A stretch of DNA of 64,000 bases, from positions 63,342 through 127,341 of the forward strand of contig CAZSXP010000001.1 in the NCBI GenBank assembly GCA_964610395.1, in the 5' to 3' direction. The position numbers and the translations under genes are program-made. The notes under the pieces are model-generated. The model ran no database searches. It was not told where the DNA came from and was given only the letters and a program-made list of their open reading frames with translations. Shown here one piece after another: positions 32,212 to 40,851 of this stretch. Origin of the DNA: an uncultured Gammaproteobacteria bacterium (lineage in GTDB: Bacteria; Patescibacteriota; Microgenomatia; UBA8517). How positions within the stretch are numbered: position 1 is the first letter of the stretch; the number at the start of each line of letters is the position of its first letter.

Positions 32212-32388
32212 TTGAAATTAATAAACAAAAATAGAGATTTGAGAGACGCAAAACCAATGATGGAAACCAAAAGTATCAAAATGGAAACATCAGATTGCGA
32301 TACTGCATGTACAAGCGATTGTGCACAAAGTTGTGGATGTGAATCAGATTGTGCAGCAAGCTGTGGTTGCGAAGGGTCAAACGAATAA
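32212..32388 (+). CDS. Cys-rich RiPP precursor peptide (MKLINKNRDLRDAKPMMETKSIKME | TSDCDTACTSDCAQSCGCESDCAASCGCEGSNE)
   Basis: Strong SD AAGGAGGTGA 8 nt before TTG; leader plus core with 8 Cys in repeated SDC/SCGCE motifs; immediately upstream of YcaO. Confidence 0.6.
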   Translation: MKLINKNRDLRDAKPMMETKSIKMETSDCDTACTSDCAQSCGCESDCAASCGCEGSNE

Positions 32389-32396
32389 TACAAAAA

Positions 32397-33743
32397 GTGA
32401 AACTAAATCTATATAGCGAAAGCGAACAAGATATAGATAAGACTTTGTTGTCTTTGTCTTTGCTTGTTAATAAAGACTACGGATTAATTAAGAAAATTAA
32501 ACGTGTACGTCAGTATTATGATGAACCTAAGTTTTGGTATTATTCTGCTGATGTAAACGACTCATATTTAAAGAATGACGGTAGACACTTTCATTCAAAA
32601 TCTTCAGGTGCTTCACTCTATTCGCAAAAGGAAGCCTTATTAAAGTGTTTGTGTGAATTAATGGAGAGATACTGCAATTTCTATTTTAAAAAAGAATCAA
32701 TTGTTACGACTAAATCAATTGATAATATGACTAATAAATTTATTGATCCTAGATCTATGTCAGCTTTTTCCAAGACTCAACTTGAAAAAAATGAATTTAA
32801 AAAATTTAGAATTAACAATAATTCAGTTTTTAGATGGACAAATTGCATTTCACTTTTAGATAATAATGAAGAATATCTAATACCTTCACAATCTATATAT
32901 CTTTCATATCCATATTTAAAAGCTGAACCATCTATTTATTCAGCAATTAGTACTGGTGTAGCAGGTGGAGCAAATCTCTCGGCTGCTATTGTTCGAGGAA
33001 TTTGTGAAGTAATCGAGCGTGATGCATTCATGATTTTTTATCTTAATAAACTTACAGCCTCAAGAATTGATCTTAAGAATATTAATAATCCGGATATTAA
33101 AAATACAATGTCAATTTTAGATAGATATAAATTTGAAGTAGTTGTTCTTGATATTACAACCGATGTTAATGTCCCTACTGTTGCATCGATTATTGTAAAT
33201 CGATCTGGAATCGGTAAAGCTGTATCTGTGGGGTTAAAATGTGACTTTGATATAATCAAAGCAATTACAGGTTCTATTGAAGAAGCACTCCATACTCGGT
33301 CATGGCTTAGATCAAGTTTTGAAGATGAGCCAATTAAAGTTAATCCTCAGGACTTGCAGAAAAGTTCAGATATTAAATTAAGGGGTTTTTTGTGGTACGA
33401 AGCAGAAGCAATTAAAAATATTGATTATTGGATTAAAAATGCAAAGATAAAAGACATTAATTATTCTAGTAAACCGATGAAATCTGGTGAAAAGTTAAAA
33501 AGACTAACTAAAATATTTAGCGATAAAAATTATGAACTATACTATAAAGACATAACCATAAGCGAATTTAAAAAACTTAATTACTATATCGTAAAAGTAA
33601 TTATTCCAAAGATGCAACCAATTTATCTTAATGAAAAATATCCACTATTAGGAAGCGATAGACTGTATAGTGTTCCTGCTAAATTAGGATTTAAAAATAA
33701 ATTAGAGGATGATTTAAATAAATACCCACATCCATTTTTATAG
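32397..33743 (+). CDS. YcaO-domain cyclodehydratase (TOMM 'D' protein)
   Basis: 'HSKSSGASLYSQKEALLKCLCELMERYC' (GxGxT...A..SA..E..ER signature); C-terminal Pro-rich 'KYPHPFL'; start uncertain (GTG 32397; the track ORF begins at TTG 32349 inside the precursor). Confidence 0.8.
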   Translation: MKLNLYSESEQDIDKTLLSLSLLVNKDYGLIKKIKRVRQYYDEPKFWYYSADVNDSYLKNDGRHFHSKSSGASLYSQKEALLKCLCELMERYCNFYFKKESIVTTKSIDNMTNKFIDPRSMSAFSKTQLEKNEFKKFRINNNSVFRWTNCISLLDNNEEYLIPSQSIYLSYPYLKAEPSIYSAISTGVAGGANLSAAIVRGICEVIERDAFMIFYLNKLTASRIDLKNINNPDIKNTMSILDRYKFEVVVLDITTDVNVPTVASIIVNRSGIGKAVSVGLKCDFDIIKAITGSIEEALHTRSWLRSSFEDEPIKVNPQDLQKSSDIKLRGFLWYEAEAIKNIDYWIKNAKIKDINYSSKPMKSGEKLKRLTKIFSDKNYELYYKDITISEFKKLNYYIVKVIIPKMQPIYLNEKYPLLGSDRLYSVPAKLGFKNKLEDDLNKYPHPFL

Positions 33744-33746
33744 AAC

Positions 33747-34523
33747 ATGATAAAAATAAACAATAAAATTGAAAATTTAATTGAATCTGTTGATGAGTTA
33801 TCTAATTCACGAAAATTTCATATATCTACAAATATTGATGATTTTAGAGCGTTTAAGAAAACTCCTCGAGGGTCATGGCCATTAGAATGGAAAAAAGTGT
33901 ATCACAAAGCATATCCTAGGTTTGATCAATTGATTCTACCTACCCCAACAGCAATTAAAATAGATCTTGAAAAAACAATTTTGGAAAGAGAATCATTCAG
34001 AAATTTTACAAACAATAACATAAATCTTAATAAGTTTTCTGATCTTATTTATTATTCTGCTGGGATAAAAGACTCTAATAAAGGTGGTGAAAAAAGAAAT
34101 TATCCATCAGGCGGAGCTAGATATCCATTAGAAGTATATCCAATAGTTTTCAATGTAGATAAAATAAAAAAGGGTATATATCATTATCATGTTAAAACTC
34201 ATTCACTTGAGTGTATATTAGAAAATATTTCAAAAGAAGAAGTTATAAGTCAATTTGATCAACTTTGGATTAAAAAGTCAGCATTGTTATTTATTATTAC
34301 AGCTGTATTTGACAGAACTGAAGTTAAGTATAAAGACAGAGGTTATAGACATATTTTGACAGAGTATGGACATGTAGCTCAAAATCTATATTTAATGGGG
34401 ACTGGATTAGGACTTGGGGTTTGCTCGATTGGTGGATTTAATGACAAAGGAATTAACAAACTACTTGATATCGATGGTCTTGATGAATCTGTCGTGGGAG
34501 TGGTGGCAGTTGGTACAAAATGA
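33747..34523 (+). CDS. SagB-type FMN-dependent dehydrogenase (TOMM 'B' protein, nitroreductase fold)
   Basis: Hallmark 'NYPSGGARYPLEVYPIV'; C-terminal nitroreductase-like region. Confidence 0.8.
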   Translation: MIKINNKIENLIESVDELSNSRKFHISTNIDDFRAFKKTPRGSWPLEWKKVYHKAYPRFDQLILPTPTAIKIDLEKTILERESFRNFTNNNINLNKFSDLIYYSAGIKDSNKGGEKRNYPSGGARYPLEVYPIVFNVDKIKKGIYHYHVKTHSLECILENISKEEVISQFDQLWIKKSALLFIITAVFDRTEVKYKDRGYRHILTEYGHVAQNLYLMGTGLGLGVCSIGGFNDKGINKLLDIDGLDESVVGVVAVGTK

Positions 34524-34546
34524 AAATAGGATGATATACTTCTAAT

Positions 34547-35200
34547 ATGTTTATATTTTTAATTAGACACGCAGAAGGATCAGGTTCAAGAGAAAAATGG
34601 CAAACTCCAGATACTCCACTTAGTGATACAGGGGCAAAACAATCTGAAAACTTAACCACTCTGTCTCGGTTCAAAAAAGTGGATTTAATTCTATCTAGTA
34701 AATGGAAAAGAGCTTTAGAAACGGCAAAAATAGTTTCAAAATTACTTGATAAAAAACTTCTAGAAACTGACGGAATTCAAGAACGTGAGCAACATTCGGA
34801 AATTTATGGTGCTGATAGGCAAAGTGATATAAGTAAGCGCTATAACGATGAGAATATTAAAAATTACAATGATCTTGACTGGAAATTTGAAAATAAGGAA
34901 GAATCAATAAGAGAAGTTTCAGAACGTGCATTTAATTTCAAAAACAGTTTAACATCTAACTATCTAAATAAAAGTATCGTAGTTGTGTCTCATGAAATGT
35001 TTATTAGATGTTTTATTACAAATATTCTATTAGGCGAGAATTATGAAGACAAAGTTTTTAATAAAATTTATAGATCGTTACAACTTATGAATACTGGAGT
35101 GTCGCTGTTGGAGTTTAATGAAAATAGAAAAACTTGGAAAGTATGGTATATAAATGACTTCGCACATTTGGGAAGAATAAAAACGAAAATAAGCAAGTAA
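34547..35200 (+). CDS. Histidine phosphatase superfamily (PGM-like branch) protein
   Basis: N-terminal 'FIFLIRHAEGSG' RHG catalytic motif, 'VVVSHEMFIR'. Confidence 0.65.
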   Translation: MFIFLIRHAEGSGSREKWQTPDTPLSDTGAKQSENLTTLSRFKKVDLILSSKWKRALETAKIVSKLLDKKLLETDGIQEREQHSEIYGADRQSDISKRYNDENIKNYNDLDWKFENKEESIREVSERAFNFKNSLTSNYLNKSIVVVSHEMFIRCFITNILLGENYEDKVFNKIYRSLQLMNTGVSLLEFNENRKTWKVWYINDFAHLGRIKTKISK

Positions 35201-35201
35201 A

Positions 35202-36125
35202 TTAATAATCTTTCCATAACCTTTCACTGTTTATAAATCTCAATACTTTTTTATGAGTTTCTCTGGCTCTTTCAAGGTATCTGGATTTTATGTTTTGTAG
35301 ATAGTCAATTGCCCGAGTAGAAATAAACAATATATAAAATGTCATAACTGATTTTTCAGTATCAGTTAGATCATTTGAATCTAAGTAACCATTAAGAAAT
35401 GCATCAAAATTTTTATTAACTCGATCTGATTTTATTAGATGATACAGATAGTAAGAAACATCGTTTAGTTGAGTCTCTTCCTTCCAATTCCCAAAATCTA
35501 ATAATTTCAATCTATTATCTGTTTTTACGATAGCTTGTCCGTCGTGTATATCATTATGGTTAAAAACTGGAATAGCATTTCCACAATAATTAAGCATCGT
35601 ATCTGAAAGTTTGTTAAGGATAACTTGAGTTTCACTATTTGATTGAAGTTCATTTAATGGGCTACCTAAATATTTACGTAATAATTCTGAATAATATGAA
35701 AAATCAGTTTTACCACTTGAGCTCCATCCAGTTCCTGAAACTGGTACTTTGTCGTGCATGTCTCTAGTTATTTTACCTAAGTCAATTCTTAATCTTGCAT
35801 TGTTACTGGTATATAGTAATTCCCCTTCAATCTTTTCAGAAATAAGCAACTTTTCACCATCTTTATTTTTGGCTAAAGCGTAAGGCTTAGGTACAGATAG
35901 TCCTGCTCCGTATGTCATATTTAATCCCTTCCATTCTCGTTGGGTGCTACCGCTATTAGTAGAAATTTTAATTGCCACTTCAGTTCTAGATTCAGATGTT
36001 GCGTAAAGGATAGAGTTGCCAGTGAATGGTGCAATTTCTTTTTTATGAACATTTAATATGACTTGAGGCACAGAAAACTCTGTATTCCTACTTTCAATTG
36101 GAAAATATGTAATTCTTTCTGACAT
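35202..36125 (-). CDS. APH/choline-kinase-like phosphotransferase
   Basis: Catalytic loop 'HNDIHDGQAIV' (HxDxxxxN) and 'LLDFGNW' (DFG-like); likely start MSERITYF (36125), since the track ORF start falls inside direct repeat 2. Confidence 0.6.
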   Translation of the reverse strand: MSERITYFPIESRNTEFSVPQVILNVHKKEIAPFTGNSILYATSESRTEVAIKISTNSGSTQREWKGLNMTYGAGLSVPKPYALAKNKDGEKLLISEKIEGELLYTSNNARLRIDLGKITRDMHDKVPVSGTGWSSSGKTDFSYYSELLRKYLGSPLNELQSNSETQVILNKLSDTMLNYCGNAIPVFNHNDIHDGQAIVKTDNRLKLLDFGNWKEETQLNDVSYYLYHLIKSDRVNKNFDAFLNGYLDSNDLTDTEKSVMTFYILFISTRAIDYLQNIKSRYLERARETHKKVLRFINSERLWKDY

Positions 36126-36172
36126 CTTATAAATTATGCGTATTGTACGCTTAAACAAGCTATTTTTACAAA

Positions 36173-36404
36173 TTTTATTCTTTCTCAAATGATTGCTGTT
36201 GGTGAAGAAACTGGAAAAATGGAAGAGGTTCTAAAAAAAGTAAGTCATGTTTTTGAAGTTGAGTCAGACCAAAAAGTTAAAACATTAACTGCAGCAATTG
36301 AACCAATTGTCATGGTTCTTTTGGGGTTAGGAGTTGGATTTTTAGTAATTGCAATTATCCTGCCTATTTACAACTTGACGAGTCAATTTTAAGTACTTGA
36401 CAAG
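36173..36404. repeat. 232-bp direct repeat, copy 2 (includes the 67-aa pilC 3'-fragment ORF 36189..36392); right boundary of the island
   Basis: The ORF-track protein at 36189..36392 is identical to the PilC C-terminus; the TTGACA at its end serves as the -35 for pilA. Confidence 0.9.
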
Positions 36405-36437
36405 GGTTTTTTAGTAGCATATTGTTATATATAGAGT

Positions 36438-37037
36438 ATGAAATTTAATAAAGGTTTTACATTAGTTGAGTTATTAATAGTTATTGGTCTTCTTGGCGCT
36501 ATCGCCTTAATAGTCATCTCAGCAATTAATCCTATCGAGCAAAGTAACCGTGCAAGAGACACTAAATATAAAGCTGATGCAGGTCAACTTATTGGAGCAA
36601 TAGATAGGTACTTTGTAACTCAAGATGAATTTCCTTGGACTACTTTTGATTCAGTCACTTATCCATCGGCTGACACTGCAATTTCATTTGGTTCTGCTAC
36701 TCTTGAAATGTATGGGCTATGTGGTGCCACTTGCACAGTTGATGGTTTGTTAATTGGTAATAATGAGTTAAAAACTGAATTTAGATCACGAGACTTTGTT
36801 AAAGGTACACCAACTGTTCCAAATCAAATTTGGATTGGTAAAGAACTTGGCTCTTCTGAATCAACTTATGCCTGTTTTGTTCCTCTATCTAAATCAATTA
36901 GAGATAAAGCTTGTAATGATGGAAAGGTCTATACATTATCTGGAAGTACTAGAACAGTTGTCAGTGGAGCCACTTGTTTAGGTACAGCAGCAGGCTGGTC
37001 TGCTTCTCCTTACATGTATGTATGTCTACCTGAGTAG
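36438..37037 (+). CDS. pilA: Type IV pilin (major pilin candidate)
   Basis: Prepilin N-terminus 'MKFNKGFTLVELLIVIGLLGAIA' (G/FTLxE), paired Cys near the C-terminus. Confidence 0.8.
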   Translation: MKFNKGFTLVELLIVIGLLGAIALIVISAINPIEQSNRARDTKYKADAGQLIGAIDRYFVTQDEFPWTTFDSVTYPSADTAISFGSATLEMYGLCGATCTVDGLLIGNNELKTEFRSRDFVKGTPTVPNQIWIGKELGSSESTYACFVPLSKSIRDKACNDGKVYTLSGSTRTVVSGATCLGTAAGWSASPYMYVCLPE

Positions 37038-37710
37038 TATATTTCTTCTTGGTTTAATAATCGGTTCATTTATTTCTGCTATAACTTATAGAATTCCTCG
37101 CGAACTTCAGTTCGTAAAAGGCAGGTCCTTTTGTGATTCATGTAAAAAAGAGTTAACTTGGTATGACAATATTCCCTTATTTTCATTTTTGTACTACAAA
37201 GGAAAATCAAGATGTTGTAATCAAAAAATATCTATTCGCTATCTTTTAATAGAATTATCTTCAGCTTTAGGTGCCGTTTTGTTGTTTGTTTTACTTCCAT
37301 CTACATTTCTTATTTCTTATTTCTTATTTCTTATTTGCCTTGCTATTTTTGTCATAGATTTAGAACATCAAATTATACCCGACGAATTATCATGGTTTAT
37401 ATTGTTATTAGGATTAATTAATTTTAGTTTTGTGAATATATTTGCAGGGTTTTTCTTTTCTTTATTACTTTTGACCTTATATCTTATAACTGGTGGTCGT
37501 GGAATGGGTCTAGGAGACGTTAAACTGGCAATTCCCCTCGGTCTATGGCTTGGGTTAGAGAAAGGCGTTGTTTGGTTAACAACGTCTTTCATAATAGGTG
37601 GAATAGTCGCTTCCATACTGCTATTATTAAAAAGAGCTAAGTTAAAAACAAAAATTGCCTTCGGACCATTTTTAATTTTTGCTTTTTGGGTAGTGCTTTT
37701 AACAATATGA
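37018..37710 (+). CDS. pilD: Prepilin peptidase PilD (A24 family)
   Basis: N-terminal zinc tetracysteine 'CDSCKKELTWYDNIPLFSF...CCNQKIS', about 6 TM. Confidence 0.8.
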   Translation: MYVYLSSIFLLGLIIGSFISAITYRIPRELQFVKGRSFCDSCKKELTWYDNIPLFSFLYYKGKSRCCNQKISIRYLLIELSSALGAVLLFVLLPSTFLISYFLFLICLAIFVIDLEHQIIPDELSWFILLLGLINFSFVNIFAGFFFSLLLLTLYLITGGRGMGLGDVKLAIPLGLWLGLEKGVVWLTTSFIIGGIVASILLLLKRAKLKTKIAFGPFLIFAFWVVLLTI

Positions 37711-38315
37711 AGTTTAAAAATACAAATAAGGGATTAACTTTAACAGAGTTATTAATAGTAATTAGTATAATTGCATTTTTAGCTATTCTGATAGTTGCCT
37801 ATCTTAGAAGTCAGGTTTTTAAGGGTAATGATGCAAGACGTAAAGCAGATTTAAAAAGAATAGGGATTGCAGCTGAGGAATATGAAAAAGATAAAAATTG
37901 CTATCCCCTACCTAGTTTATTAAGTTGTAATCCCGGTAAAGGGCTTCTACCCTATCTAAGTAAAATTCCTTGTGATCCTGTTACTGATGCTACTTATTTA
38001 TATGATTATGAAGATTCAGTTTGTCCAAAGTGGTATAGGATATATGGAAAGTTAGAAAATGAAAAAGATCCAGACAGTATTTTAGGTATTGGTCCAAATA
38101 GTGTTTTTAATTTTGAATATTCAAGTCCAAATGCTCCAGAAATTGTTTCTAGTGGAGGTACTCTTGACAATTTTTATGGTTGTAAAAGCGGTGTTTGTGT
38201 TCCAATTACTTGGGATCCAGCCAGACCTGGACCGATTTGTGATCCTAATTTTCAAAACTCTACTTGTTATGGACAATGTGCAAATCTTGATTTTGAATGT
38301 AAATCATGGAAATAA
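37686..38315 (+). CDS. Pilin-like protein (prepilin-type N-terminal cleavage/methylation domain)
   Basis: 'NKGLTLTELLIVISIIAFLAIL', Cys-rich C-terminal region. Confidence 0.65.
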   Translation: MGSAFNNMKFKNTNKGLTLTELLIVISIIAFLAILIVAYLRSQVFKGNDARRKADLKRIGIAAEEYEKDKNCYPLPSLLSCNPGKGLLPYLSKIPCDPVTDATYLYDYEDSVCPKWYRIYGKLENEKDPDSILGIGPNSVFNFEYSSPNAPEIVSSGGTLDNFYGCKSGVCVPITWDPARPGPICDPNFQNSTCYGQCANLDFECKSWK

Positions 38316-38334
38316 GCGAAGCTTGTTTCCAATC

Positions 38335-38832
38335 ATGGAAATAATGAAACCTTTTTCAAAAACAGAAACGAAAACAATTGCTATTATATTGTTAGTTCTT
38401 TTTGCGGTGATTTATTTTAATATGGCAATTTCTTTGAGAAAAGGAAGGGATTCGGTTCGTAAAAATGATATTTCAGCGATTGAAAATGCACTTGATACAT
38501 ATTATCAAAAATATAGAATTTACCCTGCATCAACTAAAAAAGGAGAAATAGTTGGTTGTTTTGATGGTGGTGTTGTACGCGACCCTATATCTGGTTACCC
38601 ACTAAATGCTATCCCCTGCCTTTGGGGAGAATCTCATTTTGAAAATGATAATTTTATGCCACAAGATCCGTCAAACAAAAAAGGACTAAGTTATTATTAT
38701 GAATCAACGGGGCAAAAATATAAATTCTACATCTCTCTTGAAGGAAAAAATGAAGCTGAGTATACACCTGCTATCGCAGCAAAAAATTTGCAATGTGGCA
38801 TTAAAATATGTAATTATGGAAGAGGGAATTGA
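38335..38832 (+). CDS. Pseudopilin-like protein with non-canonical N-terminus
   Basis: N-terminal TM 'TIAIILLVLFAVIYF' but no G-F-T-L-x-E; start reassigned to the internal ATG (MEIMKPF). Confidence 0.4.
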   Translation: MEIMKPFSKTETKTIAIILLVLFAVIYFNMAISLRKGRDSVRKNDISAIENALDTYYQKYRIYPASTKKGEIVGCFDGGVVRDPISGYPLNAIPCLWGESHFENDNFMPQDPSNKKGLSYYYESTGQKYKFYISLEGKNEAEYTPAIAAKNLQCGIKICNYGRGN

Positions 38833-38833
38833 G

Positions 38834-39298
38834 ATGCAACTACGTTATAAAATACAAAAAGCATTTACCCCGATTAAATCGGGGTTTACACTTGTTGAAT
38901 TATTAGTAGTCATGTCAATTATTGGCGTTTTAGCTGCTATTGGTTTGACAAGTTTTACTACTGCCCAAATGAGAGGTAGAGATGTGCAAAGAAAATCAGA
39001 TTTAAAGCAAACTGCAAATGCACTAGAGCTTTACTATGCAGATTATGGTAGTTATCCTGACAATATTACTTTTGGAACTCAATTTACGGATGGTAAAACA
39101 ATTTATTTTAAAACATTACCAATTGATCCAAATAGTGACAGAACATATACATATAGAATTGTTCCAGCCTCTTCAAATCAAAAGTTTCAGCTTTTTGCTA
39201 GACTTGAGAATAGTCAAGATCAAGATTGTATAGACGCAAATTGTGCACTAAATCCTAATTTTGCAATAACTAGTGCAAACACTAACGCTAGCGAGTAA
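38834..39298 (+). CDS. Type IV pilin paralog
   Basis: 'KSGFTLVELLVVMSIIGVLAAIGL'; start at internal ATG (MQLRYKIQ). Confidence 0.7.
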   Translation: MQLRYKIQKAFTPIKSGFTLVELLVVMSIIGVLAAIGLTSFTTAQMRGRDVQRKSDLKQTANALELYYADYGSYPDNITFGTQFTDGKTIYFKTLPIDPNSDRTYTYRIVPASSNQKFQLFARLENSQDQDCIDANCALNPNFAITSANTNASE

Positions 39299-39307
39299 AC
39301 TTTATAT

Positions 39308-39706
39308 ATGAAAAAAAATGGCTTTACATTAATTGAATTATTGGTAGTAATTTCATTGATTGGTGTCTTGGCAACTTTAGTTATTGCCAATATGAATTCT
39401 GCAAGAGAACGTGCAAGAGATGCCACACGAAAATCTGATCTTCGAAATATTCAAACCGCATTAAGACTTTATTATAATGATAATGGAGAATACCCTATTG
39501 CCTCAGTCCTACCTGAATGGGGAACTGCTTGGACTCCGTACATGAATATTCTTCCCGCAGATCCTCTTGTTAGCCAATCATACGTCTATGTATACACTGA
39601 TTCTGATGACTATACCCTTAAAGCTTGTTTAGAGAACCCTAGTGATGATAAAGGAGTTGCTGACGCAACATGTACTAGTGGATATAAATATGAAGTCAAA
39701 CCATAA
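39308..39706 (+). CDS. Type IV pilin paralog
   Basis: 'MKKNGFTLIELLVVISLIGVLATL'. Confidence 0.75.
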   Translation: MKKNGFTLIELLVVISLIGVLATLVIANMNSARERARDATRKSDLRNIQTALRLYYNDNGEYPIASVLPEWGTAWTPYMNILPADPLVSQSYVYVYTDSDDYTLKACLENPSDDKGVADATCTSGYKYEVKP

Positions 39707-40139
39707 CGGATTTACATTAATTGAGATGTTAGTAGTTATTTCTTTAATCGGAATTCTTGCTACTTTGGCTTTAGTTTCATTTGGTGTTTCTCAAAAACAG
39801 GCTAGGGACTCTGCAAGAAGGTCTGATTTAAAACAATATCAAACTTCTGTTGAAAACTATGCAAATATAAATAATGGTATTTATCCAATTTATGCAACAG
39901 TTACAACAATCCCATCATCTGGTGGTTTTTGTACGGATTTAAATATTGGTACATGTCCACTTGATGTTAAAAATATTTCTCCATACCTTTACAAGTACGT
40001 AAGTGATGCTACAGGTACAAATTATGTATTTTGGGCTGGGCTTGAAGCTAAAACACCTACAGAATATTTTATAATTTGTTCAAATGGTAAATCAGGACAA
40101 AGTACAACAGCACCAAGTTCAGCAACATGCCCGATATGA
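39690..40139 (+). CDS. Type IV pilin paralog
   Basis: 'NGFTLIEMLVVISLIGILATL'; start at internal ATG (MKSNHNGF). Confidence 0.7.
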   Translation: MKSNHNGFTLIEMLVVISLIGILATLALVSFGVSQKQARDSARRSDLKQYQTSVENYANINNGIYPIYATVTTIPSSGGFCTDLNIGTCPLDVKNISPYLYKYVSDATGTNYVFWAGLEAKTPTEYFIICSNGKSGQSTTAPSSATCPI

Positions 40140-40555
40140 AAAAAGGTTTTACATTGATTGAATTGTTAGTAGTAATTTCCATAATTGGAATTTTAATTGC
40201 TGTCTCAATTTTTGGTCTTTCAGGTGCTCGAGAAGCAGCTCGTGACGCTAGGCGTAAATCTGACTTACAACTTATCCAATCAGGTTTAGAAATATATAAA
40301 GCAGATTGTAATACATATCCTGCAAGTTTAGGCACTTCCTTGGTTGGTTCAGGAACACCCTCAACTTGTGCTGTGGCTAATACTTATATATCTTCTATAC
40401 CCTTAGATCCAATCACTACAAATTTATATCGTTATGCAACAACTGCCTCAGGTTATGAAATTTGCGCTAGTTTAGAGCAAGGCACAGGGACTGTTACTTG
40501 TGGGGGGTCTTCAAACTGTGGCACTACATGTAATTATAAAGTAACAAATCCATGA
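40136..40555 (+). CDS. Type IV pilin paralog
   Basis: 'MKKGFTLIELLVVISIIGILIAV'. Confidence 0.7.
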   Translation: MKKGFTLIELLVVISIIGILIAVSIFGLSGAREAARDARRKSDLQLIQSGLEIYKADCNTYPASLGTSLVGSGTPSTCAVANTYISSIPLDPITTNLYRYATTASGYEICASLEQGTGTVTCGGSSNCGTTCNYKVTNP

Positions 40556-40851
40556 GATTCAACTACGTTATGAAAAATAATTTTGAATTTATGATTTTTT
40601 TGCCTCTGCCCTAATTTTTTCTTCAATTTCACCTAACTCTTTTGCGTTGTTGTTCATGTCTCTCGAATATTTTAAAATTTCTGGTAGTATTCTAGAATAT
40701 TCAACCACCGCATCGTCAGGTGAATAGTCATTAGGTAAAAAAGAACGAGACTGCCATTTTTAGGTATTTCTGTCATCGAGGTATTTTATCACTGCTTTAT
40801 TGACTAGTAAATACGCCAAAAGAAGGCTGTTTGTGCTATAATCATTGTTTA

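Noticed and set aside
32184-32393. 69-aa minus-strand ORF antisense to the precursor peptide
   Set aside because: Mirror ORF of the Cys-rich precursor (Ala/Gln/Ser-rich translation). The + strand gene has the SD and the genomic context.
32349-32396. ORF-track start of the YcaO gene at TTG 32349
   Set aside because: That start lies inside the precursor-peptide coding region in another frame. A GTG at 32397, 9 nt after the precursor stop, is the more plausible start, though not proven.
36189-36392. 67-aa ORF identical to the PilC C-terminus
   Set aside because: Not an independent gene. It is the duplicated pilC 3' end within direct repeat 2, with no start context of its own, so it is reported as a repeat or gene fragment.
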